Below, piece after piece: positions 1-11,681 of a DNA stretch of 64,000 nt (position 1 is the stretch's first letter; each line of letters starts with the position of its first letter). A model generated the notes under the pieces. The model was not told where the DNA came from, did no database searches, and saw nothing but the letters and a program-made list of their open reading frames with translations. The position numbers were made by a program, and so were the translations under genes. Origin of the DNA: Pseudogymnoascus verrucosus. Its lineage: Eukaryota. The stretch lies in the NCBI GenBank assembly GCA_001662655.1, contig KV460261.1, one strand, 5' to 3'.

Positions 1-1230
1 GCGGCAGCCGACGTAGACTCCGAGGTGGCAGCGATGAGCAACTTGTCATCGTAAGGCAGGATCATGCCGAGGAGGAAGACCAGCACGACGTAGAAGAGAA
101 GGATACGGTAGAAGGTGAGCTTGATAGCGCGCGGGATGACCTTGCGCGGGTTCTGCGCCTCTCCGACCGTGACACCGACGAGTTCCATGCCGAGGTACGC
201 GAAAACCGCGGTGGTCAGGCAGGACCAGAAGGCGATGAATTGCGCCGCTTCCTTGCTGACGCCATGGACGGCGGCGTAGGGCTTGAATGCGCCGGGGTTG
301 TGCCAGTAGCGGAATCCCTTGGGGTCGCCATCGGGGCCGCCGCCGCAGGCGAGGACGAGACTGAGAAGGATGAGACCGAGGATGACGACGACCTTGATAC
401 TGGAAAGCCAGAACTCGAATTCACCAAAGAATTTGACACCAAAGTAATTGATCAGCACGATCGCGACGAGGAAAATGGCGATAAAAACTCCTGGGTTGAC
501 CTTCTCCGGAGGAACCCAGTATTTGATAACGAGTGCTGTGGCCGTCAAATTGTTCGGGGTCACGATAATGTACTAAAAAACGACGCATTAGCGCTAGCGC
601 GAAGGCAGTTTCTCAAGAGTTCGTCTCACCTTGAACCAGTAAGTCCAGCCGAGAGAGAAGCCCAGCGCAGGGTCAACGAAGCGATGCGCATAACCAGTGA
701 ACCCCGAGGCGAGCGGCAGCCACGCTGCCATCTCACCCAGAGCCGCCATAACCATATATACGAGAACGCCGACGACAGCGTAGGCGATGAGAAGCGAACC
801 TGGCCCGGCATTGACGAGTGCTTGTCCCCTGTAACGTAACGTTGGTCAGCTCTTGGTATCTTGGCAAGCGGGGTGCGGCGTAATTGCCGGCCGCATGGCA
901 CCGCCACCAAATCACGGCTTGCTGCACTCTAATCATGAGTGGGCGACGGGACTTGGGGTGGCTGGAACGGGGTAACGGCTGGGGAATCGCTGGACTGGGG
1001 GGAATCACGTACGTTCCGATAATTAAGCCCGTGCCAATGGCGCCACCAATGGCTATCATAGAAATCTGGCGCGACTTGAGGCCGCGGTGCAGATGGTGGT
1101 TGGGGTCGTCGTCATTGTATCTCTCAGTGACGATGCCCTGGGGAAGGGCGTCCTCCTTCTCAGTGTATCCGATCTTGGCCTCGTCGGATGCGCTCTCGCC
1201 AGTGACGATGTTCTCGTTGTAGTGCACCAT
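1..1230 (-). CDS. DIP5: Amino-acid permease (APC/YAT family, dicarboxylic amino-acid permease DIP5-like); 3' part runs off the window. Exons 1013-1230, 630-828, <1-572
   Basis: Spliced translation gives [43 protein letters not shown]...GEMAAWLP...RFVDPALGFSLGWTYWFK-YIIVTPNNLTA...FFGEFEFWLSSIK...FAYLGMELVGVTVGEAQNPRK, typical of YAT permeases. Introns are GTACGT..TACAG and GTGAGA..GCTAAT..TAG. Confidence 0.9.
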
Positions 1231-4200
1231 TGCTGCGACTTATTGGGGATGTTGAATACACAGCAGAGCTGTGGGAGTCCAGTGCTTCGACTTCAGTAGA
1301 TGGTTGGGGGATCTCGTTGACAGCGAGAGAGACTGGACTGAGGCAGAACGCGTTGAGGCGGAGGAGGAGGAGGAGGTCGTAGAGAATCGGTCGACGCGAC
1401 GCGATTGCGAAAGGTGAGGGAGAGGTAGAAAAGGATGCTTCAGGTGGGGGGGGGGGGAAGAGATATTTATTTCTCTGCAGTTTGGATTGCCGTGTTGGCC
1501 TGCCCGTTGCCCTTTGCCCTTGCACCCCTCTTCTTTAGGTGGATGTGGAGGAGAAGAGAGTAATACTAGGATAACTAGGATGATACTAGTACCATAGAGG
1601 AGAGGAGAGGAGGAGGGAGCGAGTGCTACATGCTCCATAGCAGATTAGAGTACTGGGGGTACATTGGTATGTGCGTATCTAATTACTCTATATCAAGTAC
1701 CCTGCTACATTTTTTCTCCAACTACTCTATCCCCACAAGCCGTTCGCAAAAAACCGAAATCGAGCTAGGGGGGAGGAAAGTATACACGAACACACGATTA
1801 CGCAGAGAGACCATGACCGCAGCCTTCCCGGTGTGTACTCCGCACCTAGTCTGCATTTTCAGACCGTGTGTTGTGCCTTTCTAGTGCTGTAAAGTTATGA
1901 CAGCCTTGTCCAGGGCGGCACGAGCAAGGCAGCTCCAAGATTTGCAGCATGGAGGTACAGCGATGATACTTACAAATGCCAGAAAGAATAGACCTTTATC
2001 AAAGTACTCACCCCGTACTACACTAAAGCACAGAGCACAGAAATCAGGGCGTTCCATGCTTTCCCCCCCAAAAAAAACCAGAAGAGAGAGACAGGAGAGA
2101 GCACATCACACAAACTGGGATCAGATCAGCCCTTTCCCTGCCTGCATCAAACAAACAACATCACCTCCCCCCTGTCTCCCGCCAAGATCTCGCCAAGATC
2201 TCCCGATCTCCCCTCCGATTGGTCACAACGCCCCTGATCCCCTGTCTCTGGTCGCTTTAGGCGGTGGTTCATGGTAGTGTGACCGCCGCCCCCCAGGCTG
2301 CTTACAGGTAAGTACGGTAACGAGCTGCTGGGTTGGGCTTAGTGCGGGCTGGCTGGTGGCGGTTTGCAACGGGGTGTGGTAAGGGTCTTGGCAGATATGC
2401 CGTATGCTAGGATGGACTAGGGTGGTCTAGTGTGATCTAGTGTGGTTGGGAAGGATGAGAAAAGAGTGGGGATTAAGATAGAGAAGTGGAGTTGGCGATG
2501 GGGCGAAAAGAAGGGAAAAGGACGCTAAATGGCGCTAGAGGGACGCTATTTGTGTTGAATTGACCTCCGTATACAGTAAGAGGGGAGGGGAGACGAGAGA
2601 GAGAGAGAGGAGGGATGGGCGGAGGGGGAGGAGATGGGAGGGAAGGAAAGAAGGCCAGACGGTATGTGGTGTGATGTGAAGAGCGTGTAAAGAGCCTGAC
2701 GGGTGTATTAGTGGGAAGAGCCTGACACGTGTATCGTGCATACAATCGACGATACCATCGATAATCGGCCTCTCTACGCCGATTGCTTACTGCTGACCGT
2801 GTGGTGGCTGGCTGTCTGTCTGTGTGCTGTCAACCCGAATGGAGATATCTTGATAGATCTAGTAGATACGGCAGATCCTACAGATACGACAGATATGACA
2901 GATTACCACCCATACCACAGATACCACAGGCATCGAACTCACCCCCTCTCTAATCAAATCCCTAGTTACACACGCGCACACGCCTGCAGCATAATAAGGC
3001 ATACTCGAATCTCTTGTGTGCCCTGTGTGCCCTGTGTGCCCTCGGTGTGCCCTCTCTGCCCCTCTCCGTGCATCTATGTGTCTCTGTGTGCCCTCTCTGC
3101 ACTCTCAGCCCCTCTCCCTCCTTCTGTGCTCCTCCCCCACCACATCAGCTCTCCTCCCCTCCCCTCCCCTCCCCTCTCCTCTTCTCACCCAACCCACCCG
3201 TCCGGCATAACCGTCTCCCTCCCACCAACACCAACACCAATCTCGCCCGTCCGTCTGTCTCGATCGCGCCTCCCGCCAACGCCACTACTTCGGCCAATCC
3301 GGACGCCGAGTCGTACGATCTTACCGCCTCCAAACACTCGCGCACACACGGGAATCGACTCCACAATTGCCATAATCCACATACAGTAGCGGCGCGACCA
3401 TATGCATCTCTCCCTTCTCCCCTTCCCTTCCCTTCCCTTCCCTTTCCCTTTACTCGCACTAGATTAGCGTCGCATAATCAGCTTAGTTAGTTCCCCTCAC
3501 CTCACCGATCCCCCCCATCCCATCCCATCCCATCCCTTCGACGACTCGTAGACGTCTAATTTCCTTCCATTCCCACATTTCCTTCTAGAAGTTCCTCATG
3601 CCGCCCGTGTCTGCGTCTCGCCTCCCGCGCTTACCGTTTGGAGAACTCCATACTACTGCTGTGACCAACTAATCAACTAACTAGACGTATGTACGCGAGT
3701 AGTGCCTGCTTGTGCCTGCGTGCCTGCCACTCCTCCTCGTGGCCCTCTCTCAAACGTGCTTACTGACCCGGGTAAGCCAGATCTTCACATCACGTTTCCC
3801 TTCCCTTCCCTTCACTGTCATCTCACCACAACAAGCACACACACATACACCCGCCCTTCTCCACACCGACACTTACCCATCAACGGCGTCACAACTACCG
3901 AATACGTCCACCCTACAAAATCCCTCAATCTCACCTTCGTTACGTACCTCCCCCAATCCCCAGAAAATCAGCCACCAACACCCCAAACCTCCACCCATAT
4001 CGCATCCCACAGCCTTGGCCAAACAACCACAATCATCGTATAAGCCTATCACACCCCCTGCCAAGCCCATCCCACGTCGTCTTCCCCGATAAGCCCCCCG
4101 TCCTCCCCATCGTGCCCAGCCTCGTCCATGGGGAAATAAGAGATACAGATACGACGCACCTCGGTACGTACCCCCCAACGACGACCTTGATTACGCAGTA

Positions 4201-4864
4201 TATGCGGGGTACGCCACTACTACAACTACTACAAACATATCACATATCATCCAAGGCTTACACTTACTCCACTACGCCAACTTCTGATACCGGAATATCT
4301 CGGAACCGCTGCTACACCCACCCACCAGCCCAAGCTTTCTGCCCTGCCCCTGATGGATGATGCCGTGTGGGCATCACGTGGGGGGGCACGCTTAGGTACG
4401 GGTGCGCGTGGATATTGTATGGGAAGATACTTTGTGTGTGGATATGGGGGGTTATTGGGCATGGAGATGGGGGGATGGGATGGGGTAATAGTTTCGGATG
4501 ACTGGGTGAGGTGCGAGAGGCGGTGATGATCTTTGTCATCTGGCCGCTTCGGAGTCCGGGCGCGATGGGTGGGAGAGGGAGAGTTTGGTACGGTACGCTT
4601 AGGAGGGGGAGGGAAGAGATTTGGAGAAACTCTGATCTACTGACTGGGGACTGGGAAGTGGTAGCCTTGCAGGAAGGCTGGGTCATAAAAATAGAGGTAA
4701 GAGGCTTCAACCAAAAGAACAAATACTAGTTGTGAAGGTTGGAGAAAGGTGTAAATTATGCTCTTACATGCCAACACGTATGTGGTGACCAAGTCCGAAT
4801 ACCTCAGCCTGACAACGCATAAGGCGTTCTTTGTTCTTCTCCCGGTTGGAGTGGAAGCCGCCGC

Positions 4865-4865
<1 letters not shown>

Positions 4866-4901
<36 letters not shown>
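4866..4901. repeat. (GCT)12 trinucleotide microsatellite
   Basis: Perfect gct repeat read directly, preceded by (GCC)3. Confidence 0.95.
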
Positions 4902-4905
<4 letters not shown>

Positions 4906-5760
4906 GTACGATTCTTGTCACCGCCAGCCGCCACTGCCACTGCCGTTATCGCCTTGCCGTCAATAGCACGCATTACCGCCGCTACGGTCCTCACTGTCGC
5001 ACACTCTTGCTGCTGCTTTAACTCACGGCATGAAAGACCGCCTGGGCGAAAGCCTTGGGGCGTTTGGAGTAGCGAATGGATGGTTGGCACTTCATGCGCC
5101 CGTAGATTGATATCTGATTTCCTTCTAGAAGCTTTGCTACCTGTCGACTAGCACAACCGTTTGGGAATGCTATATACGTGGGGCAGTTATTGAATCACGG
5201 CACGGTCTTTTACGGACTCTCGTCCAAGCTGATCATCATCGCACGGGAGACGAAGATTCCTGCAACCACCGCCGTACGGAGTAAGCACTTCCACCCCACC
5301 TTCACCCAACATCTCCCCGACTTTCCCCATACCCACAATCTACTTTTACATCATCACATCCAAGGTCATCTCCGAACGCATTGATCCCAAGTATATCCCA
5401 AGTCGCCGAAAACTTCTAGACCCGCCCCTCATCCACCCCAAAAAAAACTCTGCCTACCCGTTCATCACCGAAAATCAAAGAGTCAGGGGTTGGTGTGGGG
5501 AAGCTTGGCGGCTCTCTTTTGGAGATCTAACCGCCAACCGCCCAACCGCCAACGGTTCGTTCTAACGCTTCTGTACGTAATATACGGTAATCTTAATTAA
5601 CACTTTCTCCACACTCTCCATGTTATTGGGGGGGGGTGGAGGGGGGAAAGTTATATCTCCGCATCACGTGGTGGGGTGAGTGGGTGGTGTGTTATTATAG
5701 GTTTCTGTCTGTCTGTCTGTCGGCTGGCTCCTATTTGTTCCGTAGATGTGTACTCCGTAT

Positions 5761-5909
5761 TTACCCCATATGCGACTCTTGTTTCTCATTACCCCATAAT
5801 TGGTATATGTCTTGTTTCCTATTACCCCCATAAACTATGCATTGAGACGACTTACCCCATATTTGTCGGGAGATATTACCCCATATCTATTGCGTCTTAT
5901 TACCCCATA
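5761..5909. repeat. Six spaced copies of TTACCCC(C)ATA
   Basis: Copies start at 5761, 5789, 5822, 5852, 5876 and 5900, separated by non-identical spacers. Confidence 0.85.
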
Positions 5910-6192
5910 TCTGGGGGGACGAACTTCTCCCCGCAACCGTGTTTGGTGTTGGGGTGGTTGGAGCTTGGCGGGTTATATCATTGTTCATCCGGGAGGGACC
6001 GGGTTTTCTTACGTCTGTCAGCTTTCTCTATCCTTCGTCGTTTCCCTCCTTTCCTTCCATCTGTCAACCCAGGCGCGACATATTCAACGTCGTGAGGAGA
6101 GACGATGGGGGAAGCAAGATGGCGAAGGTGAGGTCTCATATTCACATTACCAGCACCAACTGTCGAATAAAGTCAAAATCATACCATACGAA

Positions 6193-6678
6193 CTACCGAA
6201 CAAATGGATATATGTAGGCTATCTGTTCATCTTCACCTTCCTCTATTCCCCCCTTTATTTCTCCCTCGTCCTCCCTTTTCTCCCCATTCCTCTCTCCCTC
6301 ACCACTCTCTCCCTCATCCGCTCTCATATCCGCCAACAACCCCCTGTCCCCCATCCACCCCCTGACCCCCTCCAACCCCTCTCTCAGCTCTCGAACACGC
6401 TCATCCATCCTCCTCCTCCTCTCCGCACACGCCTCGCACAGCCTACGCACTTTATACGTCGTCCACGGATGCGACATCGGATAGCAGCGCGCCGCGGTGG
6501 CCTTGCTGGACGACGATGAATTCGACAATGACAACGATGACGACGACGGAGAGCTGCGCGACGGCGAACTGCGAGGTGGTGACCCAGAGGTTGAGGAGGC
6601 GAGGGAGCAGGATCGTACGATCTGGAGGTCGTAGACGTGGTTGCAGAGGATGAAGTGGAGGCGCCGGTGGTAGCACAT
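6193..6678 (-). CDS. Small fungal hypothetical protein (161 aa) with Cys/His putative metal-binding motif, Ser-rich linker and coiled-coil/acidic tail
   Basis: ATG ORF MCYHRRLHFILCNH...RSC...RCYPMSHP...LCEACAERRRRMDERVRELREGLE. A possible 5'UTR intron has its donor (CAG|GTAAGT) near 6756. Confidence 0.7.
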   Translation of the reverse strand: MCYHRRLHFILCNHVYDLQIVRSCSLASSTSGSPPRSSPSRSSPSSSSLSLSNSSSSSKATAARCYPMSHPWTTYKVRRLCEACAERRRRMDERVRELREGLEGVRGWMGDRGLLADMRADEGESGEGERNGEKREDEGEIKGGIEEGEDEQIAYIYPFVR

Positions 6679-8552
6679 GTTAGCTGTCTGGCTGGCCGTG
6701 CTGTACTGCTGTCTTTTGGGATTGATGGATGGGATGGGGTGGGGTGATATACTTACCTGGTGATATGCTTGTTGTGCTTTTTCTTACCTGAAAGCGAGGT
6801 TTCTGGAGTCTGGGAGAAAGTGGTAGGTGTTTCTTCTGTCTTGGTATATCCTTCCCTTTTCCTGTGGAATGGTCGACTTTGCGGGGAAGTGGTGAGAGGA
6901 GACGGGGTTTTAAAGGGTGAGTCTGGAGAGGAGGGGAATTCATCTTCTGTTTCATGGGCATCAAAGGTCTTTCGTGCTGATGCATGTGCTGGAACCAGGC
7001 AGAAGGAATGGTCGAGGATATTCTCTGTCCTATTCGTTTCATACTCTCATGTTGATAAACATTCCTTGTTCCCTTTTTTCTGTTGCTGAAGTTGAATATG
7101 CTGCTTTGTTCACCCTACCCTCCTAGATTTCTTTGTCTTGAGTCTGAGATGTCCCTCCCCACTATGCTGAGCGCGCACCCACAAAGAGCGAGAGCATGCG
7201 AGAGGGGATGAAGAGAACAATGGTATTGTGCACAACGAGTACAACCATCAGCATCATCGCGAGTCCTACTGGGAGCCACTAGAATCAGAGCCAATATCGC
7301 ACGCCGTTGCTGACAAGGAGGTGGTAGATGAGAGACCGCCGTGGGATGGCCAAGTCTGCATCGTAACACTTAAAATAGCAGGTTATTGGTCTTTGCAGCC
7401 AAGTTGTCGAAGGGTGAACCAAAAGGGACAGTTGTTTGCCATATTTACACGACGAGGGCGTCGGTATATTTCATTGTTAAGAAGCCCGCTGTGAGAAACT
7501 ATAGAGCTGGGGAAATGAGTCCGACGTCGTACACCCACAACCACTCTCCCTCACAACCAATATATCACAACACACCAATCATCTCACCCACCATGCTTTC
7601 CAACGATACAGCCCTCTTATTTGCCGAGATATCGGCAAAGTCGAGCGAAAGTATGTCAAAGGCCACACGGATCATTCTCGTGGTCTTATTTGCCAACTTA
7701 CTTACCGAGAAGGCTACGTTCACATACTGTAATGCCCCAAGACCGCACCCCGGAAAGCCAGCTCCAATCCGCTTCACGCTTTCTCCACGAGGCCGAGAAC
7801 CACTCTACGCCTCGACCGGGTGTTCCAATTGTGCGCGATTACTATAGCGATCTTTATACGCCTATCCGCCACCAAACATCACCAGTCGGAAACCTATGGG
7901 TCGAGCTACCTAAGAGTCGCAGGTTCTCGCTGTCGTAGGTTCTTGCTGTCGAGGGCTCTCTCACTGTTGCGGATCCTTGTTGTTATATCACAGAGTTCTT
8001 TCAGAGCGTCAGTAACGAACACACGCAGCCATTGGTGATATGAGTTCTTAAAAAGGAGCTTTCCAAATTTATGGGCCCCACACGCCACCTTGGAAACCCG
8101 CTGGAGTCATTTCATATGTTGTCGAAGGAAAGAATGAGTGAAGTGACCGAGGGGGAGTTAAATACCCCCGAGAAATATGCTGGACTACAAAATCCCCACA
8201 AAATGTGCTCGCCATCTCAACAAGGTGTTCGGGCCATCTTAAAGACCATGTCTACATCGGTGGACTTGTGAGAAATTACGGGAAGTAAGGGGTAGGATCA
8301 CTGCGATATCACTGCAATAATTTGTGGGAATCACAACCACGACTGTAAGCAACGTCAACGAGAAGCACAGTACATGGTGGGTGAGAATCTCAGTTAACGT
8401 TACGCTGTCAATATGTTCGCCACAGCTTCCCAAGGCCGGCCATGGCAGCATTGGACTCAGATCTTCGATGCAGGCATTTCGTCAATCCTCCTCCAGTAGC
8501 TTATATGATGCGAGTAAACCCTCCATAGCCCCTTCCTTATCCTTCGTTTTCC

Positions 8553-8734
8553 GTTGTTCCTTCCCCATTGTTCATAACCCATCGTTCCTTCCTCATCGTT
8601 CCTTCCTCATCGTTCCTTCCTCATCGCTCCTTCCTCATCGTTCCTTCCTCATCGTTCCTTCCCCGTCCTTCCTTCCCCATCGTTCCTTCCCAATCGTTCC
8701 TCCCCTATCGTTCCTTCTCCATCGTTCCTTCCCC
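8553..8734. repeat. 14-bp minisatellite (ATCGTTCCTTCCTC), 11 clear units at 8581-8734 plus 2 degenerate units
   Basis: Units read directly at 14-nt periodicity from 8581. Confidence 0.95.
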
Positions 8735-8752
8735 ATCACGTCTTGTAATTGC

Positions 8753-10423
8753 CTATTTCTTGGCAATCTTTGCCAGCCTCTCATCATCGCTCTCTTCTTC
8801 CGTTAACTTTCTCTTCTGTGGGTCATTCGCAAAAACGTTCAAGGCGGCGTGGAAGTAAGGTGCCAGTTCATCATTCAACTTTCCAACCAACGTTTTGTCA
8901 GCTGTTCCTGATCTTCGTTGAGCAAGATATGCGCCGATCGCGTATTTGACCGTTTCTCCAGTAAGTTTGAGGGAGTTGTCCGCCGCTCCAGTGTTTAACT
9001 TGGCCTTTTCTTTGGCTAGTTTTGCTGCAGCTTCCTGGGCAACTGCTTTCTCCGCGGCTGCTCTCTCGACAGCTGCCCTCTCCATGGTTGCTTTTTTTAC
9101 CTCTGCCTTCGCTTCTGCAATCGCCTGCTCTGCCGCGTCCGCCTCCATTCTTCGTAAATCCTCGAGCGCCTTTGATTTCTCCTCGACTTCTCTTCTCAAC
9201 CTTGTGATTCTCTCTGTCGCGGTCTCAGCAGGGGTGGGCGCCATATTATTTGGACGGGCTAGCATCGATTTCTCAACCGTCGGGGGAGATTTCTCTGCAG
9301 CTAGTTCAGTAACAGTTTTCGCTGGAGTCGATACCGCCTTCACTTCGCTCTCTTTATTTTCGCTCTCGTTGGACTCTTCTGCAGAATAGATTCGTGGCTT
9401 CTTTGCCACAGCGGGAACTTCTGGACGCGGTAGCAGATTTCCTGGCTCACCAGCCAATGCCATCTCCCTTTTGCTACCTTCGCCATTATTTTTCTTGTCG
9501 GATTCCGCCAACCCAGCCATGTCTGGTTTTGGCTTACGCTTGGGCTTCTGTGCTGCCTTTAGCGGTAGCATTAGTTTGATTGTCGGTGCTAGCTTCGGCT
9601 TCGGATATTCTGTACTTCGTGTATGAATCTCACTGTAATAATAGTCTCTGATATAGTGTTCATATTGTGCTACCTTGGAGTTGTCCTGGCGGCGAACATT
9701 AATCCCGAGAACTCTATCATATTCCATAATGTTAGATGAGTATTTTGTGAGCCAATCTTGGGCAAAGGCGGCTCCCTTCTCTAGGCTTGCAGTGTCAGCG
9801 CCATTAAACAGACGGTTGAACCAGTGCTGATGTTTTAACCCGAGCTGATATATAAATGTACACTCATTTATAGGCCCGGGGGGGTTTGTGGCGTCTTCGT
9901 CTTTGTCCCCGCGCATTACAGTCTGGTCGATCGTTATCAGATAATCGCCGGCGTCGTATACAGTGCTCCCATTGTTTTGGGGCAACTTCGCTAGCCCATC
10001 GGCGCCAGAGTCTCTGCGCTGCATTGTGCCTGTTTTGGTGAACCCATGGATTTTTTGGAGGTCAGATCGAGAGGCACCATAAACTTGGAATGGCAGCAGG
10101 GAGAAGAGGCGCATCATTACCAGTACACCATCGCTCACCGGGACACCCCGCGGGACCATATACGGACGAAATGGCCCGCCGCCAATGACGGGATCCTATA
10201 TATCACCTTCTTTAGGGATAGGGCATCCTGCAGGCGTCTCGTAGTAATCAACCATCTCCCACTGCGCGACCCCAGTAGCTGTAGCTTTTGCGACCTCATC
10301 ATCTAGCGGACTATCACCGTCAGGGAGAAATCGAAAGTAGTCGATGACCTCGACCATTTTGCTGTTAACTTGCGTCAGATAGGTGATGAGTGGATACTAT
10401 GGGACTTACCTAGGAGAAGTCAT
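8753..10423 (-). pseudogene. Orphan gene with Ala/Glu/Lys coiled-coil C-half; one in-frame TAG at 10196-10198 (possible pseudogene)
   Basis: ATG 10423 (MTSPS), canonical intron 10362-10409 (GTAAGT..CTGAC..AACAG), then KMVEVIDYF... runs in frame into the 468-aa ORF except for one TAG. A second canonical UTR intron lies at 10438-10484. Confidence 0.6.
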
Positions 10424-11681
10424 ATCGTGATATTAACCTGTGATGATTTAGCTTGTGTTCGTATATTTGTAAGTTGGTACTTACCACTTGTATGTGCTTT
10501 GCTGTGCCGTCAAGATTTATGTGGACAAATGACAACGGCTGCACCGAGGATAGTTTGATGATTAAAAACTGCGTGTTACAGAGAGCTATTCACTGCGAAT
10601 CTGTGATTTGAAGCCTAGATATATGTCAGAATACTAAGCCATGTTCATTTAAAAGATGCTTCAAGCGTCTTACGAATTTATGTTTTCACCAAGGTGAAGC
10701 TTGTACTGTCCGTAAAATGACTCAAAGGTGAGTTGAAGAAGAATGTCAACAGTAGAAAAGTGACCTCTTGAGGTAGCTTGCGAGTTTTTGTAGGCGGCGA
10801 TGGTGAGCTTGTAGTGGTGATCTTATGGTGGAAATAATAGGAGGCTATATGGAAGTCAGCATCGAGCACCAACCTTCTTGAATAGCTTACCAAAGTAATT
10901 TGTGTATCTAAATCTTGTAAAAAGCAAAACGAAAGGAAGAGGAGAAGGAGAAAGAAAGAAGAAAGGAAGACGAGAGGAATAGGACAAGAGGTACGCAAAT
11001 AAATACTCCGTGAAGACTTGCAGGTAATAATCTATGCCCTGATAGTGACAGCCGTGAGGGTGAGAGAAAGTCGACAGTATTACATTAAAGGCATCAAGAG
11101 TGCCCCTAGGATCAATAAAATATATGGTAACAAGTAATAAAATCACCTACCAGCTCTGTATTCATGCCAAACTTACCAAGATTTATCTAGCACTCACTGG
11201 TGAGATTATGTTGTTGTGGTGATCGTCTGGCAAAGGAAGAACTGTCGCCTGTTCATGTAATAGTAGGTGCTATTACTGACGTTGTAGAGTTGTGGTTAGA
11301 AAAGTGATAACTTTTTATAGGACGTGGGGGGTATTAATGATGGCGCATAACGCACGCGGATGTGCTTCTGCGCAGCCGCTACAGGAACAGTCGGCTGTGA
11401 TGGGTCGTTGTTTAGACCATATGAGATTACAGTGAGTATAATTGTTATTTTAAGCATCCCTGGTGTAATATCTTGTCGGGGTATCCTTGAAAAGTAAATA
11501 ACTTTAAAAATAATCAATATAAAAAATCGGTAAAAGTATCGGACGCGAACAAAACTAGGTTGGTAACATTCTGACATTCACACATAAATTCGAATATAGC
11601 TATCATAAAGAATGTAAAGTATGTAACGCAAAATACACCGTCCCCATTTTGCTCACTTATATACAGCCCTTATCATCCCGC

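Noticed and set aside
2473..4360. Numerous Pro/Ser/His-rich ORFs in the permease upstream region
   Set aside because: Produced by C-rich low-complexity sequence lacking stop codons; mostly non-ATG starts.
4637..5151. Poly-Ala/Ser/Leu ORFs spanning the GCT microsatellite
   Set aside because: Open in several frames only because of the repeat; no convincing start, domain or exon structure.
5761..5909. CRISPR-like repeat-spacer appearance
   Set aside because: Repeats are only 10-11 nt, spacers are short and variable, there are no cas genes, and the context is eukaryotic.
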